NCBI GenBank assembly: GCA_963740085.1
Contig: CAVUCU010000001.1
Coordinates: 1,248,001-1,312,000 of the forward strand
DNA length: 64,000 nucleotides
Reading direction: 5' to 3'
Source of the DNA: Nitrospirota bacterium
GTDB lineage: Bacteria; Nitrospirota; UBA9217
Shown here in pieces: positions 37,710 to 48,995 of the stretch (positions within the stretch are counted from its first letter, which is position 1; each line of letters opens with the position of its first letter). The translations under genes and the position numbers were made by a program. The notes beneath the pieces are model-generated. The model was not told the origin of the DNA, searched no databases, and saw nothing but the letters and a program-made list of their open reading frames with translations.

Positions 37710-39539
37710 TTATTTTCTGATCTTCCCCAACCTCTTCGCCAGCCGCTCGGTCTCGTCAAGCAGGCGCTCTACTTCATCCAACCCCTTGTCCCAGAACCGC
37801 TTGTCCGAAATATCTATCCCGAGCCTGCTAAAGATGTTCTTCGGAGAATCGGACAGTCCCGCGGACAGAAATTCCTTGACCTTATGAATGAACGACGGGT
37901 CCTGCTTCACCGAATTCTGGAGAGACTTGGAAATAAGGAGGCCGCTCGCGTAGGAATAGACGTAGAAAAAATACCTGATGTGGTTCCAGTAAACCCACCA
38001 GTTCTCCGAACCCTCTGACTGCAAAACGGCATTTCCCATGTATGCTGCCATATGCTTCTGGAATAGTTTACCGATCTTCTCTTTCGACAGATATCCCTCT
38101 TCCCTGAAATCCTTGTGCAGTTCCTGTTCGAACTGGTAGCACGCCACCTGTCTGAAAATGGACGAGACATCGTCGTTCAGCTTCTGCATCATGATGGCAA
38201 GCCGCAACTCATCATCAGCCGAGTGCAGGACCTCCTCGAGCACAAAGTCCTCCATGAAAGTGCTCGCGACCTCGGCGGTCGAGGTCGGTGTGCCGAAATC
38301 AAGGGCATGCTGCTTCTTTTTGATAAGCTCATCGTTGATTCCGTGGCCCAGCTCGTGAGCGATGGTCAGGACATCGTGCAGCTTGCCGGTATGGTTCAGC
38401 AGAATGTAGGTCGGCTGGGTCATCAGGTGATAGACGCAGAACGCACCGCTGTCCTTGCCCTTTTTCGGGAAGACGTCGATCTGGCCGTTCTCCACGAACC
38501 CGGCGAAGATATCGGCGAATTCCCGGTCGAGCTTGCCCAGCACCGTATGGACGACGTCCGCGGATTTCCGGTAAGGGTAGTGCCCGGCAACCTTCCCGTA
38601 CTCCACGTTCCGTTCGTGGTAAGCGAGCTTCCTGACCTTCAGCAGCTTCGCCTTGAGCGCGTAATATCGCGCCGGGATCGCAAACCGCTTCGATACCGCT
38701 TCGACCAGGGCGTCCACCACCTCACTCTCGATATCGTCGGCAACATGCCGGAGCGTATCAGGTCTCGGGGCACCGCGAAGTTCATCATCGATCTTCTTGT
38801 TTGCGAACACCGAATTGATCTCGGACTCGGCGACCTCGACGTTCTTCAGGAGGATATCGTTGAACGCCTTTGCCGCACTGTCGCGCACCAGTTTTTTCCT
38901 GCTGTTCATCAACGCGGCGAGCTCCGAAAAGGGCATGATCTTCCTCTTGCCGTCCTCGGTGAACACGGCACGTTCTTCCTTCGAAAGGAATCCGGCGGTC
39001 ATCTTTGTCCAGTTTGACGAGGACGTTGCAAGCTTGAGGTTCAGGATCTTCTCCTCGGGCTCGCTCAGATGATAGCGGGACTCGGCAAAGACCCGCTCAA
39101 GAAAATGGCGGTATTTGGCAAGACCCTCGTGCTCAAGAAATCGTTTTTGCAATTCTGGCTTGATCCTGGCGATCCGGAGGTAAAAGAACTGACTTTCGTT
39201 CTCGAGCCTTTTACTGAACTCATCGATCCTGTTGAACCTGGCCTTCAGTTTCGGATCGTTCTGGTCCTGCTGGGTCCTGAGCCAGAAGTAATAACCTTCA
39301 TCGCCGTCGGTGCCGTATTGTCGCTTCCACGATTCATACTGGTCCAGCGCCTGTCGCAGGACTTCCGGGTCTTCAAGATAATCGGTGCGGTCCTTCCAGG
39401 TGTTGATGAACGTAGAGCTCTTTTTTTCGACAAGCTTCCGTTTTCCCTCGAACCGCGGATCGTTATCTCCCATAAAGAGCGGCTTCAGGTTCCACACGGC
39501 CTTGCCGATCTTGAACGTATTCTTTTTTACTCGAGGCAT
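37710..39539 (-). CDS. M3 family oligoendopeptidase (PepF-like)
   Basis: HELGH zinc motif; AEVASTFME; FYVYSYA. Confidence 0.9.
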   Translation of the reverse strand: MPRVKKNTFKIGKAVWNLKPLFMGDNDPRFEGKRKLVEKKSSTFINTWKDRTDYLEDPEVLRQALDQYESWKRQYGTDGDEGYYFWLRTQQDQNDPKLKARFNRIDEFSKRLENESQFFYLRIARIKPELQKRFLEHEGLAKYRHFLERVFAESRYHLSEPEEKILNLKLATSSSNWTKMTAGFLSKEERAVFTEDGKRKIMPFSELAALMNSRKKLVRDSAAKAFNDILLKNVEVAESEINSVFANKKIDDELRGAPRPDTLRHVADDIESEVVDALVEAVSKRFAIPARYYALKAKLLKVRKLAYHERNVEYGKVAGHYPYRKSADVVHTVLGKLDREFADIFAGFVENGQIDVFPKKGKDSGAFCVYHLMTQPTYILLNHTGKLHDVLTIAHELGHGINDELIKKKQHALDFGTPTSTAEVASTFMEDFVLEEVLHSADDELRLAIMMQKLNDDVSSIFRQVACYQFEQELHKDFREEGYLSKEKIGKLFQKHMAAYMGNAVLQSEGSENWWVYWNHIRYFFYVYSYASGLLISKSLQNSVKQDPSFIHKVKEFLSAGLSDSPKNIFSRLGIDISDKRFWDKGLDEVERLLDETERLAKRLGKIRK

Positions 39540-39593
39540 TCTTGCTCCATCGTGATTGGTTAAATAGGATTATCCATAACTCCTCAGGTATTC

Positions 39594-39645
39594 AGGCTGA
39601 AGGCTGAGGTTTATCAAAACCCTTCTGCCTTCAGTCTATCAACCT
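39594..39645 (-). repeat. Dispersed ~54-bp intergenic element, copy 2
   Basis: Reverse complement aggttgatagactgaaggcagaagggttttgataaacctcagccttcagcct matches 28688-28741. Confidence 0.7.
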
Positions 39646-39849
39646 AATGGTTACGATTATACACAGTATACCCGCTCCTGCCCGGACTGTCCAGGGACCG
39701 CCGCGAGCGCGTGCGTGTCTTTTCCTCGATTCCCGCTTCGAGGTTCCGGGTCGAATTGTTCGCCAAAGGAATCCCGGAGCCTGACTTAAGGCCGGGTTGT
39801 GACGGTAACATCCTTACCATGATACAAGGATGGCGGAAACGTAAGGGCC

Positions 39850-40209
39850 TCACAGCACCTCTTCATCCTCTTTTCGCCATGCCGGGTCAACAAGACAGAT
39901 GAACGTGAGATCTGTTGTTCCGGAATTCGTGATGCTCTGCTTTGCGTGGGGCGGTATATATACGGTGGAGTTCGACCGCACCGGCGCAGAGTTGTCGTCG
40001 ATATGCATGGTACCCTCGCCCGCGATAATATAGTAGACTTCTGAGGTCTTCAACCGGTGTGGCCATGTGGTCTCTCCCGGTTTCACGACCGCATGCGCAA
40101 GGCTGTAGCGGAGTGCGATCTTATCCTTGTCAGGGTGCAGGATCTCGCGCAGCGCGCAGTTGTCGCCGGCAATAAATTCTTTGCAGTCCTTCAGTTCTCG
40201 TATGAACAT
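39850..40209 (-). CDS. Cupin domain protein
   Basis: PHRLKTSEVYYIIAGEG...VYIPP; AAGGAG RBS before ATG 40209. Confidence 0.85.
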   Translation of the reverse strand: MFIRELKDCKEFIAGDNCALREILHPDKDKIALRYSLAHAVVKPGETTWPHRLKTSEVYYIIAGEGTMHIDDNSAPVRSNSTVYIPPHAKQSITNSGTTDLTFICLVDPAWRKEDEEVL

Positions 40210-40251
40210 CGGTCTATCTCCTTTACATAACCTGGAAAAATCGTAAAAGCA

Positions 40252-40359
40252 TTTGCCACAGAAGGCACATAAAGCACAAAGAATCGCCAAATCGATGGTA
40301 AAGGATAATAATCCAAATTATTGTTGTTCTATGTGTCCTTTTGTGCTTTTTGTGGCAAA
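40252..40359. repeat. Long imperfect inverted repeat with ~9-nt periodic arms
   Basis: tttgccacagaaggcacataaagcacaaagaa ... ttctatgtgtccttttgtgctttttgtggcaaa. Confidence 0.65.
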
Positions 40360-40510
40360 GTATTCTTTCTATTCGAGAAGAATTAAATGTATGCTTTACT
40401 GTAACATACCTTCCTGGTGAAAATCAAAAAAGAAAACCCTGCTGTCAGGACCTCTTGACGAAAAGGTTGCCATTGCAGTACAATCACCAAACTCACGGAG
40501 CCGGTCATCG

Positions 40511-41302
40511 ATGGACCAGGAAGATCTTATCTTACTCAAGAGATGGTTTGCGGACTACTGCGCGTCATTTTCTCTGCCGAACGAAGTGGACCAGCGGAAC
40601 ATCGCCATAAAGCGGGAGCACACGCACCAGGTCTGCTTGAACGCCGTAAGGATCGCGGAAGACCTGGACCTGGATCAGCAGGAGACCCGGCTCGCGGAGA
40701 CGATCGCCCTTTTTCATGACGTAGGCAGGTTCTCGCAGTATCAGCAGCACAGGACCTTCGACGACAGTATCTCGGTAAATCATGCGGTCCTCGGGTCGAA
40801 GGTGCTCTTGGAAAACAACGTGCTGGGTGGACTACCGAAGCAGGAACAGGACATTATCGTCCGCTCGGTGACGCTGCACAATGTCTTCACCCTGCCCGAT
40901 GGGCTTGACAATAAATCCCTTCTGTTCGCAAAGCTCATCCGTGATGCGGACAAGCTTGACATCCTGCGGGTGGTGATCGAATACTTCGAGCAGGACGAAG
41001 GGAGCAGGGCGGAAGCCGTTGCGCTGGGCCTGCCTGACGTGCCGGAGGGATACTCACCCGAAGTCCTTGCCTGCCTTGTCCGGGGGGAGATGGCCAGGAA
41101 GGATGCGCTCACGACCCTGAACGATTTCAAACTGCTGCAGCTTGCCTGGCTCTATGACCTCAATTTCACGTGCTCCCTGCGGATGGTTATAGAGCGGGAC
41201 TACATCCGTAAGATCGCGGAAATGCTGCCGCGGAACGAGGAAATCGCGGGGGCGATCGAGATCGTACGTGGTCACGTCGAGAAGTGCTCACGCGATGGCT
41301 GA
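40511..41302 (+). CDS. HD domain phosphohydrolase
   Basis: KREHT, FHDVGRF, NHA and RDADKLD motifs. Confidence 0.85.
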   Translation: MDQEDLILLKRWFADYCASFSLPNEVDQRNIAIKREHTHQVCLNAVRIAEDLDLDQQETRLAETIALFHDVGRFSQYQQHRTFDDSISVNHAVLGSKVLLENNVLGGLPKQEQDIIVRSVTLHNVFTLPDGLDNKSLLFAKLIRDADKLDILRVVIEYFEQDEGSRAEAVALGLPDVPEGYSPEVLACLVRGEMARKDALTTLNDFKLLQLAWLYDLNFTCSLRMVIERDYIRKIAEMLPRNEEIAGAIEIVRGHVEKCSRDG

Positions 41303-41425
41303 CCCCTTTTCCTCTCCCCGGTATTACGTAAAATCAATAATTCGCTTTACTCTGCGTTAATTTTTTTGTAAGATGCCGAGGTGCGGGCGTGAAGAATTCA
41401 ACGTCTTGCCCTCCGGGGGAGTTTC

Positions 41426-42727
41426 ATGAGAAATAACATCGTTTCCATCGGCGCCGACGAATTGAAATACGAGATCCGCGAGATCGTTGCCGTGGCCAAG
41501 GAATTTAGCAAGCTGGGCGTCGATATCATCTGGGAGAACATCGGCGATCCGGTCCAGAAGGGGGAAAAGATCCCTGATTGGATAAAGGACATCGTGGTCG
41601 CGGCAACACGTGAGGACGCCACGTACGCTTATTCACCGACCAAGGGGCTGGAGACGACCCGCGAATTTCTGGCGCAGCTGGCTAACAAGAACAGCAACGT
41701 CAGGATCACGAAAGAGGACATCATCTTTTTCAACGGTCTCGGCGACGCGATCGGCAAGATCTACGGCCGGCTTAAAAAGGAATACCGGGTGATCGGGCCG
41801 AGCCCGGCCTACAGTACGCACTCCTCGGCAGAGGCGTCACATGCCGGTTCAGAATATCTTTCCTATAACCTGGACCCGAAAAACCTGTGGTATCCCGACG
41901 TCGACGACCTCAGGATGAAGGTGAGATACAATCCCGCGATCTCCGGAATCCTCATCATCAATCCCGATAATCCTACCGGTGCGGTCTATCCCAAGAAGAT
42001 CCTGCAGGAGATCGTGGCCATCGCGAAGGAGTTCGACCTCTTCATCGTCTGCGACGAGATCTATACGAACATGGCCTACAATGGGAAAAAGGCGGTTCCG
42101 CTCGCCGAGGTGATCGGCGATGTGTGCGGCATCTCCATGAAAGGCATCTCGAAGGAGCTTCCGTGGCCCGGTTCGCGCTGCGGCTGGATCGAGGTCTATA
42201 ACCAGAAGAACGATCCGGTGTTCTCGAAGTACGTGAAGAGCGTCCTGGACGACAAGATGCTCGAGGTCTGCTCCACCACGCTGCCGCAGACAGTAATACC
42301 GCGCATCCTCGGGGACAAGCGCTATCCCGCCAATGTTGCACAGCGGAACAAGCGGTACGAGAAGCGTTCGAACATCGCCTACGATCTGCTCAAGAACATC
42401 AAGGGGACCATTGTGAACAGAACGAACGGCGCATTTTATATGACGGTGATGTTCGAGGAAGGCGCTCTGAACGGTAAACAGTCCCTGCCGATAAAGAACA
42501 AGGCCGTCAAGGAACTGGTCAAGAGAATAACCAGCAACGTAGCGCTCGACAAACGGTTCGTTTACTATCTGCTCGCCGCGACCGGGATCTGCGTCGTACC
42601 GCTTACCGGATTCAATTGCGATCTCAAGGGGTTCAGGGTCACGCTCCTCGAATCGGACGAGGCCAGGTTCGAACAAATATTCAGGACCGTCCGCAACAAG
42701 ATCAAGGAATATCTCGCAAGCGCCTAG
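41426..42727 (+). CDS. PLP-dependent class I/II aminotransferase
   Basis: ENIGDP, INPDNPTG, DEIY and GISKELPWPGSRCGW motifs. Confidence 0.9.
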   Translation: MRNNIVSIGADELKYEIREIVAVAKEFSKLGVDIIWENIGDPVQKGEKIPDWIKDIVVAATREDATYAYSPTKGLETTREFLAQLANKNSNVRITKEDIIFFNGLGDAIGKIYGRLKKEYRVIGPSPAYSTHSSAEASHAGSEYLSYNLDPKNLWYPDVDDLRMKVRYNPAISGILIINPDNPTGAVYPKKILQEIVAIAKEFDLFIVCDEIYTNMAYNGKKAVPLAEVIGDVCGISMKGISKELPWPGSRCGWIEVYNQKNDPVFSKYVKSVLDDKMLEVCSTTLPQTVIPRILGDKRYPANVAQRNKRYEKRSNIAYDLLKNIKGTIVNRTNGAFYMTVMFEEGALNGKQSLPIKNKAVKELVKRITSNVALDKRFVYYLLAATGICVVPLTGFNCDLKGFRVTLLESDEARFEQIFRTVRNKIKEYLASA

Positions 42728-42743
42728 CCGCTCCCCTGCATGA

Positions 42744-43310
42744 TCAACGCGGCGGCTGCTTCTCGAAGAGCGGTAGATACTTCCCGTACCCCTCTTTTAC
42801 CAGATCTTCCACAGGAACGAACCTGAGCGCAGCCGAATTCATACAGTAACGCAGACCCGTCGGTTTGGGGCCGTCATTGAAAACGTGACCCAGATGTGAG
42901 TCCGCGTTCTTGCTCCGGACCTCAGTCCTGACAGAAAACCAACCCCGATCCTCTTTCTCCACGATATTGCCCGGTTCAAGGGGCTTGGTGAAACTCGGCC
43001 AGCCGGTTCCTGAATCGTATTTATCGAGCGAGCTGTAAAGAGGTTCGCCTGATACGATATCGACGTAAATGCCGGGTCTGTTGTTGTGGTCATACTCGTT
43101 ATTGAACGGCGGCTCCGTCCCGTTCTCCTGCGTCACTTTGTATTGCATGGGTGTCAGCTTCTTCTTCAATTCTTCTTGAGATGGTTTCATAAATTTTATC
43201 TCCGTACCAATCGCTTTTCCCTCTGGCTTTGCGCTGCCGGAATAAGCAGACACACTCACCAGTATCATCACCATCAGGATTATATTCCCTAATACAATTT
43301 TCCTTAACAT
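42744..43310 (-). CDS. msrB: Peptide-methionine (R)-S-oxide reductase with signal peptide
   Basis: [20 protein letters not shown] and RYCMNS motifs; hydrophobic N-terminus. Confidence 0.9.
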   Translation of the reverse strand: MLRKIVLGNIILMVMILVSVSAYSGSAKPEGKAIGTEIKFMKPSQEELKKKLTPMQYKVTQENGTEPPFNNEYDHNNRPGIYVDIVSGEPLYSSLDKYDSGTGWPSFTKPLEPGNIVEKEDRGWFSVRTEVRSKNADSHLGHVFNDGPKPTGLRYCMNSAALRFVPVEDLVKEGYGKYLPLFEKQPPR

Positions 43311-43482
43311 GGGTGTCTCCTCGCTTTCTTTATTATAGTATACACCCGCGGGAACGGTCCTGGTGACTTTTTATCGGATGAATGTTGTCCCGTATAGTAT
43401 TATCCAAAAATATTGCAAAATATTACCCGTATCTGGTAACATATCACTATCCTATCTGCTTAAGGAATAAGGAGGTTAATCC

Positions 43483-44076
43483 ATGAGCATCCGCATACAA
43501 GTCTATTCTGATTATATCTGACCCTTCTGCTTTATCGGCATGGGACTTGTCGATAAGCTGAAGCAGGAATTCGACCTCTCGGTGGAATGGCTGGGATTCG
43601 AGATCCATCCAGACACACCACAGGAAGGTGTGCCCCTGTCAACCATGTTCCCCCAGCTCGATGCACAAAACATGTTTCGCCATCTCCGGGACATGGCCGC
43701 CCCCTACGGCATTGCCTTCGCGGACATTTCCCGCATCTCCAACTCCCGCATGTCCCTTGAGGCCTCGGAATTCGCTAAAGAGCACGGCATGTTCGACCAG
43801 TTCCATCGGGCACTGTTCCAGGCGTATTTTTCACAGGGCATGGACATCGGCAATCTTGAGGTGTTGGCGCAGATAGGCCATGAGTCGGGCCTGGATCGGG
43901 ATGCCCTCTCGCAGGCCCTCCAAACCGGGAAGTATCTGCGAAGGATCGAGAATATGCGTAATGAGGCGGCCCGCCTGGGCGTGACAGCGGCGCCGACCTT
44001 CATCATCGAGGACCGGGACCGCATTGTCGGCGCCCAGCCGATTGAGGTGTTCAAAAAGAAGTTAAGGCATTATTGA
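43483..44076 (+). CDS. DsbA/FrnE family oxidoreductase, selenoprotein (UxxC)
   Basis: AAGGAGG RBS, then MSIRIQVYSDYI-TGA-PFC in frame with ORF 43540-44076 (GVTAAPTF, GAQP); hairpin just after the TGA. Confidence 0.85.
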
Positions 44077-44845
44077 CACCGGTGTTCGACTCGCTGAATC
44101 TATCTTGATCCGCACCGCCAACACCCTTGTATACATTGTCAACTTCTTGCGCGCTTCCTGTATCTCCTCTACACATTATTATATCTGGGTCTTCCGGGTT
44201 TTGTGTGGGTCGTTTTTATCTGTTCTTAACTCAGCACATGTCACGATCCTATTTTTTTCTGCACCCCAGTTCACAGCTCCGCGCAGGGCATGATTGCCGG
44301 TACTGATAACAAGTTTTTTCGAGCATCGCGGCGCTTCCCCTCGCCCGAAGAACAGGCTCGGCCGCGTCAGCCTGGCTTTGTGGCAGCATCGTTCTTTTCT
44401 ACGTTACCATGCTTGTGCACGAACCTGTTCATGGGATGCAGGGGCTTCTGGAACGGCAAAGATATGAGTATCTCCCCACCTCCCGTTGAGGTTAATTCTG
44501 CACTTAGTGGGGTAGCCTTTAAAATTCTGCCTCTCCCCTGCGCCGGGTGGCTCTGAGCGAAAGACGCGCAGAGCAATGCTGCACAGATCGTAGTTGCAAG
44601 AACAAGACAAGGCAGACACGGCCGAACCCTTTTTCAAAGGGTGAGGGTGGAGTGATGCGAGACCTGCTTATCAGGGCTGATGTACAGTATATATCTCTGC
44701 ATGCTGCGCTGCCGAGCGATGAGCTGCCCAAGAAAATCGATGCACAAGTGGGACAAGCGCCAACCGAGATAATCTTCAGAAAATAGACTGAGATTTCCGG
44801 AGGGATCACCGAGACAATCGCCAAAATTGAGCCGGCACCGATAGA

Positions 44846-44875
44846 AAAAGCCCCCCGGACAAGCCGGAGGGCCTT
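44846..44875 (-). terminator. Intrinsic terminator of the small lipoprotein gene
   Basis: gccccccgg-acaag-ccggagggc hairpin with a minus-strand U-tract. Confidence 0.6.
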
Positions 44876-44901
44876 TAGGTTTACCTGCCGGAATACTTAT
44901 A

Positions 44902-45075
44902 CTACTTCATTCCGGGTGTTGCCGCAGGCGCTGTCGCGGTCGGCGCAGATGCCGGTGTCGTCGGGGTCATAGCCGACTGTTCTGCAGGCTTCGGAGCCTC
45001 CTGCTTCTGGCATCCGGTAAAAGCAAAAACCGTAGCCACTGCCAATACTGCTATAATTGCACTGATCTTCTTCAC
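44902..45075 (-). CDS. Small 57-aa Ala/Pro/Thr-rich lipoprotein, not in the ORF track
   Basis: GGGGGTG RBS and GTG start; MKKISAIIAVLAVATVFAFTG-C-QKQEAPKPAEQSAMTPTTPASAPTATAPAATPGMK. Confidence 0.8.
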   Translation of the reverse strand: MKKISAIIAVLAVATVFAFTGCQKQEAPKPAEQSAMTPTTPASAPTATAPAATPGMK

Positions 45076-45561
45076 GTTATTTCACCCCCTTTCTTCTCAT
45101 GAGAGTAACTGCAGCGCGCTTGTCGCAATAAGATAAATTAGATGAAAAACGCACCGCAGTAATGATGACCTTTTGATTATGGTGGGCCATAAAAGTCCGG
45201 CCCGTGCCACTGCCAGTCAGTTTCAGGCCAGCGACATTAACACAAAACGGCAGAAGTATATTCCTTTTCTTGAAGAAATCAATTGAATTTAGTCACCAGT
45301 AATGCGATTTCCGCCAGCGGCCAACGGGAAATGCCATGGCATCGACGACGATATGATCGAGAACCAATAAGCAAATGCAAGCGAAAATAACATCTCTCTC
45401 TTCCCCGGCGTTGCTTTACGTATTCGCCATCAAACCCCTTGACAGAAGCAGACTGTATGGGTATATACTGTTTCTTGAGACTTCTTCCGTCCCGGGAAGT
45501 TCGCACCGATGCATACCGTAACATCATTGATATATTCTGAATCACATTGTGAGGTGAACCT

Positions 45562-47467
45562 ATGACTGCTGAAAAAATGGAATTCAAGACCGAAGTTAAA
45601 GAGCTGCTGGACCTGATGATCCACTCCCTCTATTCTCACAAGGAGATCTTCCTGCGGGAGCTGATCTCGAATGCATCTGACGCGATAGACAAGGCCCGCT
45701 TCGAATCGCTCACGAACAAGGACATCCTGGCAAATACGGGCGAATGGAAGATCAAGATCATCGTCGACAAGGCTGCTGGCACGCTGACGGTCAGCGACAA
45801 CGGCATCGGCATGACCCATGACGAGGTCATCGCGGAGCTCGGGACCATCGCACACTCCGGCTCAAAGGATTTTCTGCGGGCCCTCCAGAACAAGGCCCTG
45901 AAGGACACGCCCGAGCTCATCGGGCAATTCGGCGTCGGTTTCTATTCATCCTTCATGGTCGCCGACAAGGTCACGGTACTGACCCGGAAGGCGACTGAGC
46001 AGACAAAAAAGGCGACCAAATGGGAATCCACTGCAGACGGTTCGTTCATCATCGACGAAGCGGAAAAGGAGCGCGGCGGCACCGATGTGATCCTTCATCT
46101 CAAGGTTGAAGACAAAAATTACCTTGACGAATGGGAGATCACGGCAGGTCGTCAGAAAATACTCCGATTATATCGCTCATCCCGTGGTCATGGACATTGA
46201 ACGGGAAAAGGAAGACCCGGCGGACAAGAATAAAAGGGTCAAGGTCACCGAAGAGGAGACCATGAACGCCGGAAAGGCCATCTGGCTCAAGGACCAGTCG
46301 GAAATAACGGCCGAGGAATACAACGATTTCTACAAGCACATCTCCCATGATTTCGGCGAACCGGCAAAGGTCATCCATTACCGCGCCGAGGGCACCTCGG
46401 AGTTCACTGCGCTTCTCTATATCCCTGCGAAGGCCCCCTACGGGATCCTGTACAAGGACTACAAGATCGGCCCGACCCTGTATGTCAAACGCGTGCAGAT
46501 CATGGACCATTGCGAACAGCTCATTCCCGAGTACCTGCGTTTTGTCAAGGGCGTCGTCGACTCGTCGGACCTTCCGCTGAACGTATCGCGCGAGATCCTG
46601 CAGTCCAACAAACATGTCGAGGTCATCAAGAAGAACATCACCAGGAAAGTGCTCGATACCCTGGGGGACATGAAGAAAAACGCTTATGACGCTTATCTGG
46701 AATTCCACAAGGAGTTCGGAAGGATCCTGAAAGAAGGCATTCATTTCGATTTTTCCAAAAAGGAGCAAGTCGCCGATCTCTTGCTGTTCTCTTCCACCAA
46801 GACCGAACCGGGCAAGTATACGACCTTCGATGATTATGTGAAGAACATGCCGATCGCACAGGGAGAGATCTACTACATCACCGGCAGGCCGGATGAGAAT
46901 GTCCTGCAGTCGCCCTATCTCGAGGCATTCCGCGAAAAGGGCTACGAAGTATTGATCATGACCGACGATATCGATGATTTCATCATGCTCGATCTTAAGG
47001 AATACAAGGGCAAGAAGATAAAATCGGTCATCAAAGGCGATATCAACCTTGACAAGTCCAGCGACGCGGAAAAGGAACGGTCGAAGGAGAAATTCGGAAA
47101 GCTCCTCGGCATGATAAAAGAGCAATTAAAGACCGACATAAAGGATGTGCGCCTGTCCGGCAGGCTCAAGGATTCGGCTTGCTGCCTTGTTGCCGATGAA
47201 GGCGGGCTCGACCCCCAGATGGAGAAACTGCTCAAATCCATGGGACAGGATGTGCCGTCAGACAAAAGGATACTGGAGATCAATCCATCGAACCAGGTCT
47301 TTGAGGTCATGAACGCCATGATCGAAAAAGGCGGCAATGAACAGCTCTTGAAAGAATATATCGACCTGCTGTATAATCAGGCACTCCTGCTCGAAGGTTC
47401 GAAACTCAAGGACCCCGCAGCTTTTACAAAGTCCGTAGCAAAGCTAATGTCGGAAAACGTGAAGTAG
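45562..47467 (+). CDS. htpG: Hsp90 chaperone HtpG; frameshift near 46141
   Basis: [26 protein letters not shown] and LPLNVSRE motifs; removing one base at 46141 restores [12 protein letters not shown]. Confidence 0.9.
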
Positions 47468-47521
47468 TAACCGCCGCAACGCCGAGCGCTCTCAGCAAGT
47501 CATCGAATTCCGGAGGAAATT

Positions 47522-48175
47522 ATGTCGGAACAGAGAACAGTGATCACGATCACGCGACAGATGGCAAGCGGCGGCGTCTATATCGGGCGCCGCGTGGCGA
47601 GGAGGCTCGGCTATAAATACGTTGACCGGGAGATCCTGGAGAAGGCGGCGGAGCAGCTCGACGCCGACCGGGCCTCGCTTGCCGCGGTTGAAGAGCGTTG
47701 TTCCGGCTTTCTCGATAACCTCGTGAAGGGTTTTACCTTCGGCACTCCAGAAGCCGCCTTTGTCGCGCCTTCGGGCAGGCCCGTATACGACCGGGAAGTC
47801 TTCGACACGGAGTCCTGCGTCATCAAGGGGCTCGCCGACAGGTACAATTGCGTTGTGGTCGGGCATGCCGCGTTCTTTGTGCTTCGCGGCAGACGCAATA
47901 TTCTGAACGTCCTTATCCATGCTCCTGAGGATTTCCGCATCAGGAGGCTTCAGGACTTTCGCAAGATCTCCGCTGACCGGGCGCGCACGGAGATCCGGAA
48001 GGCCGACAACCAGCAGGACAAGTTCATTCGCACCATGACGAAGCTGGGGTGGGAGGACGCCAGAAATTACCATCTCTCGGTCAATTCACAGGCGGCCGGG
48101 TTTGAGAACGTTGAAAATATGATCATCGGGTTTTTTGAAAGAATGAAGGCTGACGCCGAGTGTAACGGTTTGTAA
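47522..48175 (+). CDS. Cytidylate kinase-like family protein
   Basis: VITITRQMASGG...LGYKYVDREIL...YHLSVNS. Confidence 0.8.
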   Translation: MSEQRTVITITRQMASGGVYIGRRVARRLGYKYVDREILEKAAEQLDADRASLAAVEERCSGFLDNLVKGFTFGTPEAAFVAPSGRPVYDREVFDTESCVIKGLADRYNCVVVGHAAFFVLRGRRNILNVLIHAPEDFRIRRLQDFRKISADRARTEIRKADNQQDKFIRTMTKLGWEDARNYHLSVNSQAAGFENVENMIIGFFERMKADAECNGL

Positions 48176-48371
48176 GATCGGTCCGGATGCTTCGCTGCCG
48201 GACTGTCTTTGCTGATCCGGCGGCTTTTTTAGCGTTCATACCTCCTCCATGCTCCCTCTGTTTGACTCCTTTCCTCCCCCCTTTGAGCGGTATGCTTGAC
48301 TTCAGAGGCCGTGTCTGATATGTTCGGACTAACGAAAATGACGTCATGTCACGTAGACATGGAGGAGCATC

Positions 48372-48995
48372 ATGCTGCCCGATGATTCCGTTTTTTCCAG
48401 TAACGAGACCCTCAGAACGATCGGTGACCGTCACAGCGTCAGGACCTTCACCCGGGACGACGTGAGCGATGACGAGATCAATGTCCTGCTGCATGCGGCA
48501 AACGCGGCGCCGTCGGCCCACAACCAGCAAGCCTGGCGGTTCATCGTCCTCCGGGGCGGGAAGAAGCAGCAGCTGGCACAGCTCGTAACCGCGCAGTCAA
48601 CGGCCTTTCCCCGGCCGGCCGCGGCGCTCCTCCGGATGGGTGCGAAGAGCATTATCTCGGCGCCGGCGGTCATCGCGGTGGTCAACACGGGAGACCTCAT
48701 CAGACACGGGACGGCGCTCTTCAAGGTGGATAAAGACACGGCCCATGATTTTTTTCGGACGATGGAGATTCAGAGCTCCGCGGCGGCGGTCGAGAACATC
48801 CTGCTTGCCGCCACCTCACTCGGCCTTGGCGCGGTCTGGCTCGGTGTTCTCTATCTCATCAAGGACCAAGTGCTCCGCTTCCTCGGCGAGCCGGAGGGCG
48901 AATTCATGGCAGTGGTCCCCGTGGGCCGTCCCGCCAGGATAGGCGGAGGACCGCGGAAACAGCCGGTGGAAATGAAGGTGCGCTCATTGAGTTGA
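48372..48995 (+). CDS. Nitroreductase family protein
   Basis: RHSVRTF, APSAHNQQAW and LGLGAVW motifs. Confidence 0.9.
   Translation: MLPDDSVFSSNETLRTIGDRHSVRTFTRDDVSDDEINVLLHAANAAPSAHNQQAWRFIVLRGGKKQQLAQLVTAQSTAFPRPAAALLRMGAKSIISAPAVIAVVNTGDLIRHGTALFKVDKDTAHDFFRTMEIQSSAAAVENILLAATSLGLGAVWLGVLYLIKDQVLRFLGEPEGEFMAVVPVGRPARIGGGPRKQPVEMKVRSLS

Noticed and set aside
39644-39853. 69-aa ORF or riboswitch between the cupin and peptidase genes
   Set aside because: No recognisable protein motif or riboswitch consensus.
46130-46150. Programmed ribosomal frameshift in htpG (likewise pgm and glgP)
   Set aside because: No slippery heptamer at the junctions, and many unrelated genes show similar single indels.
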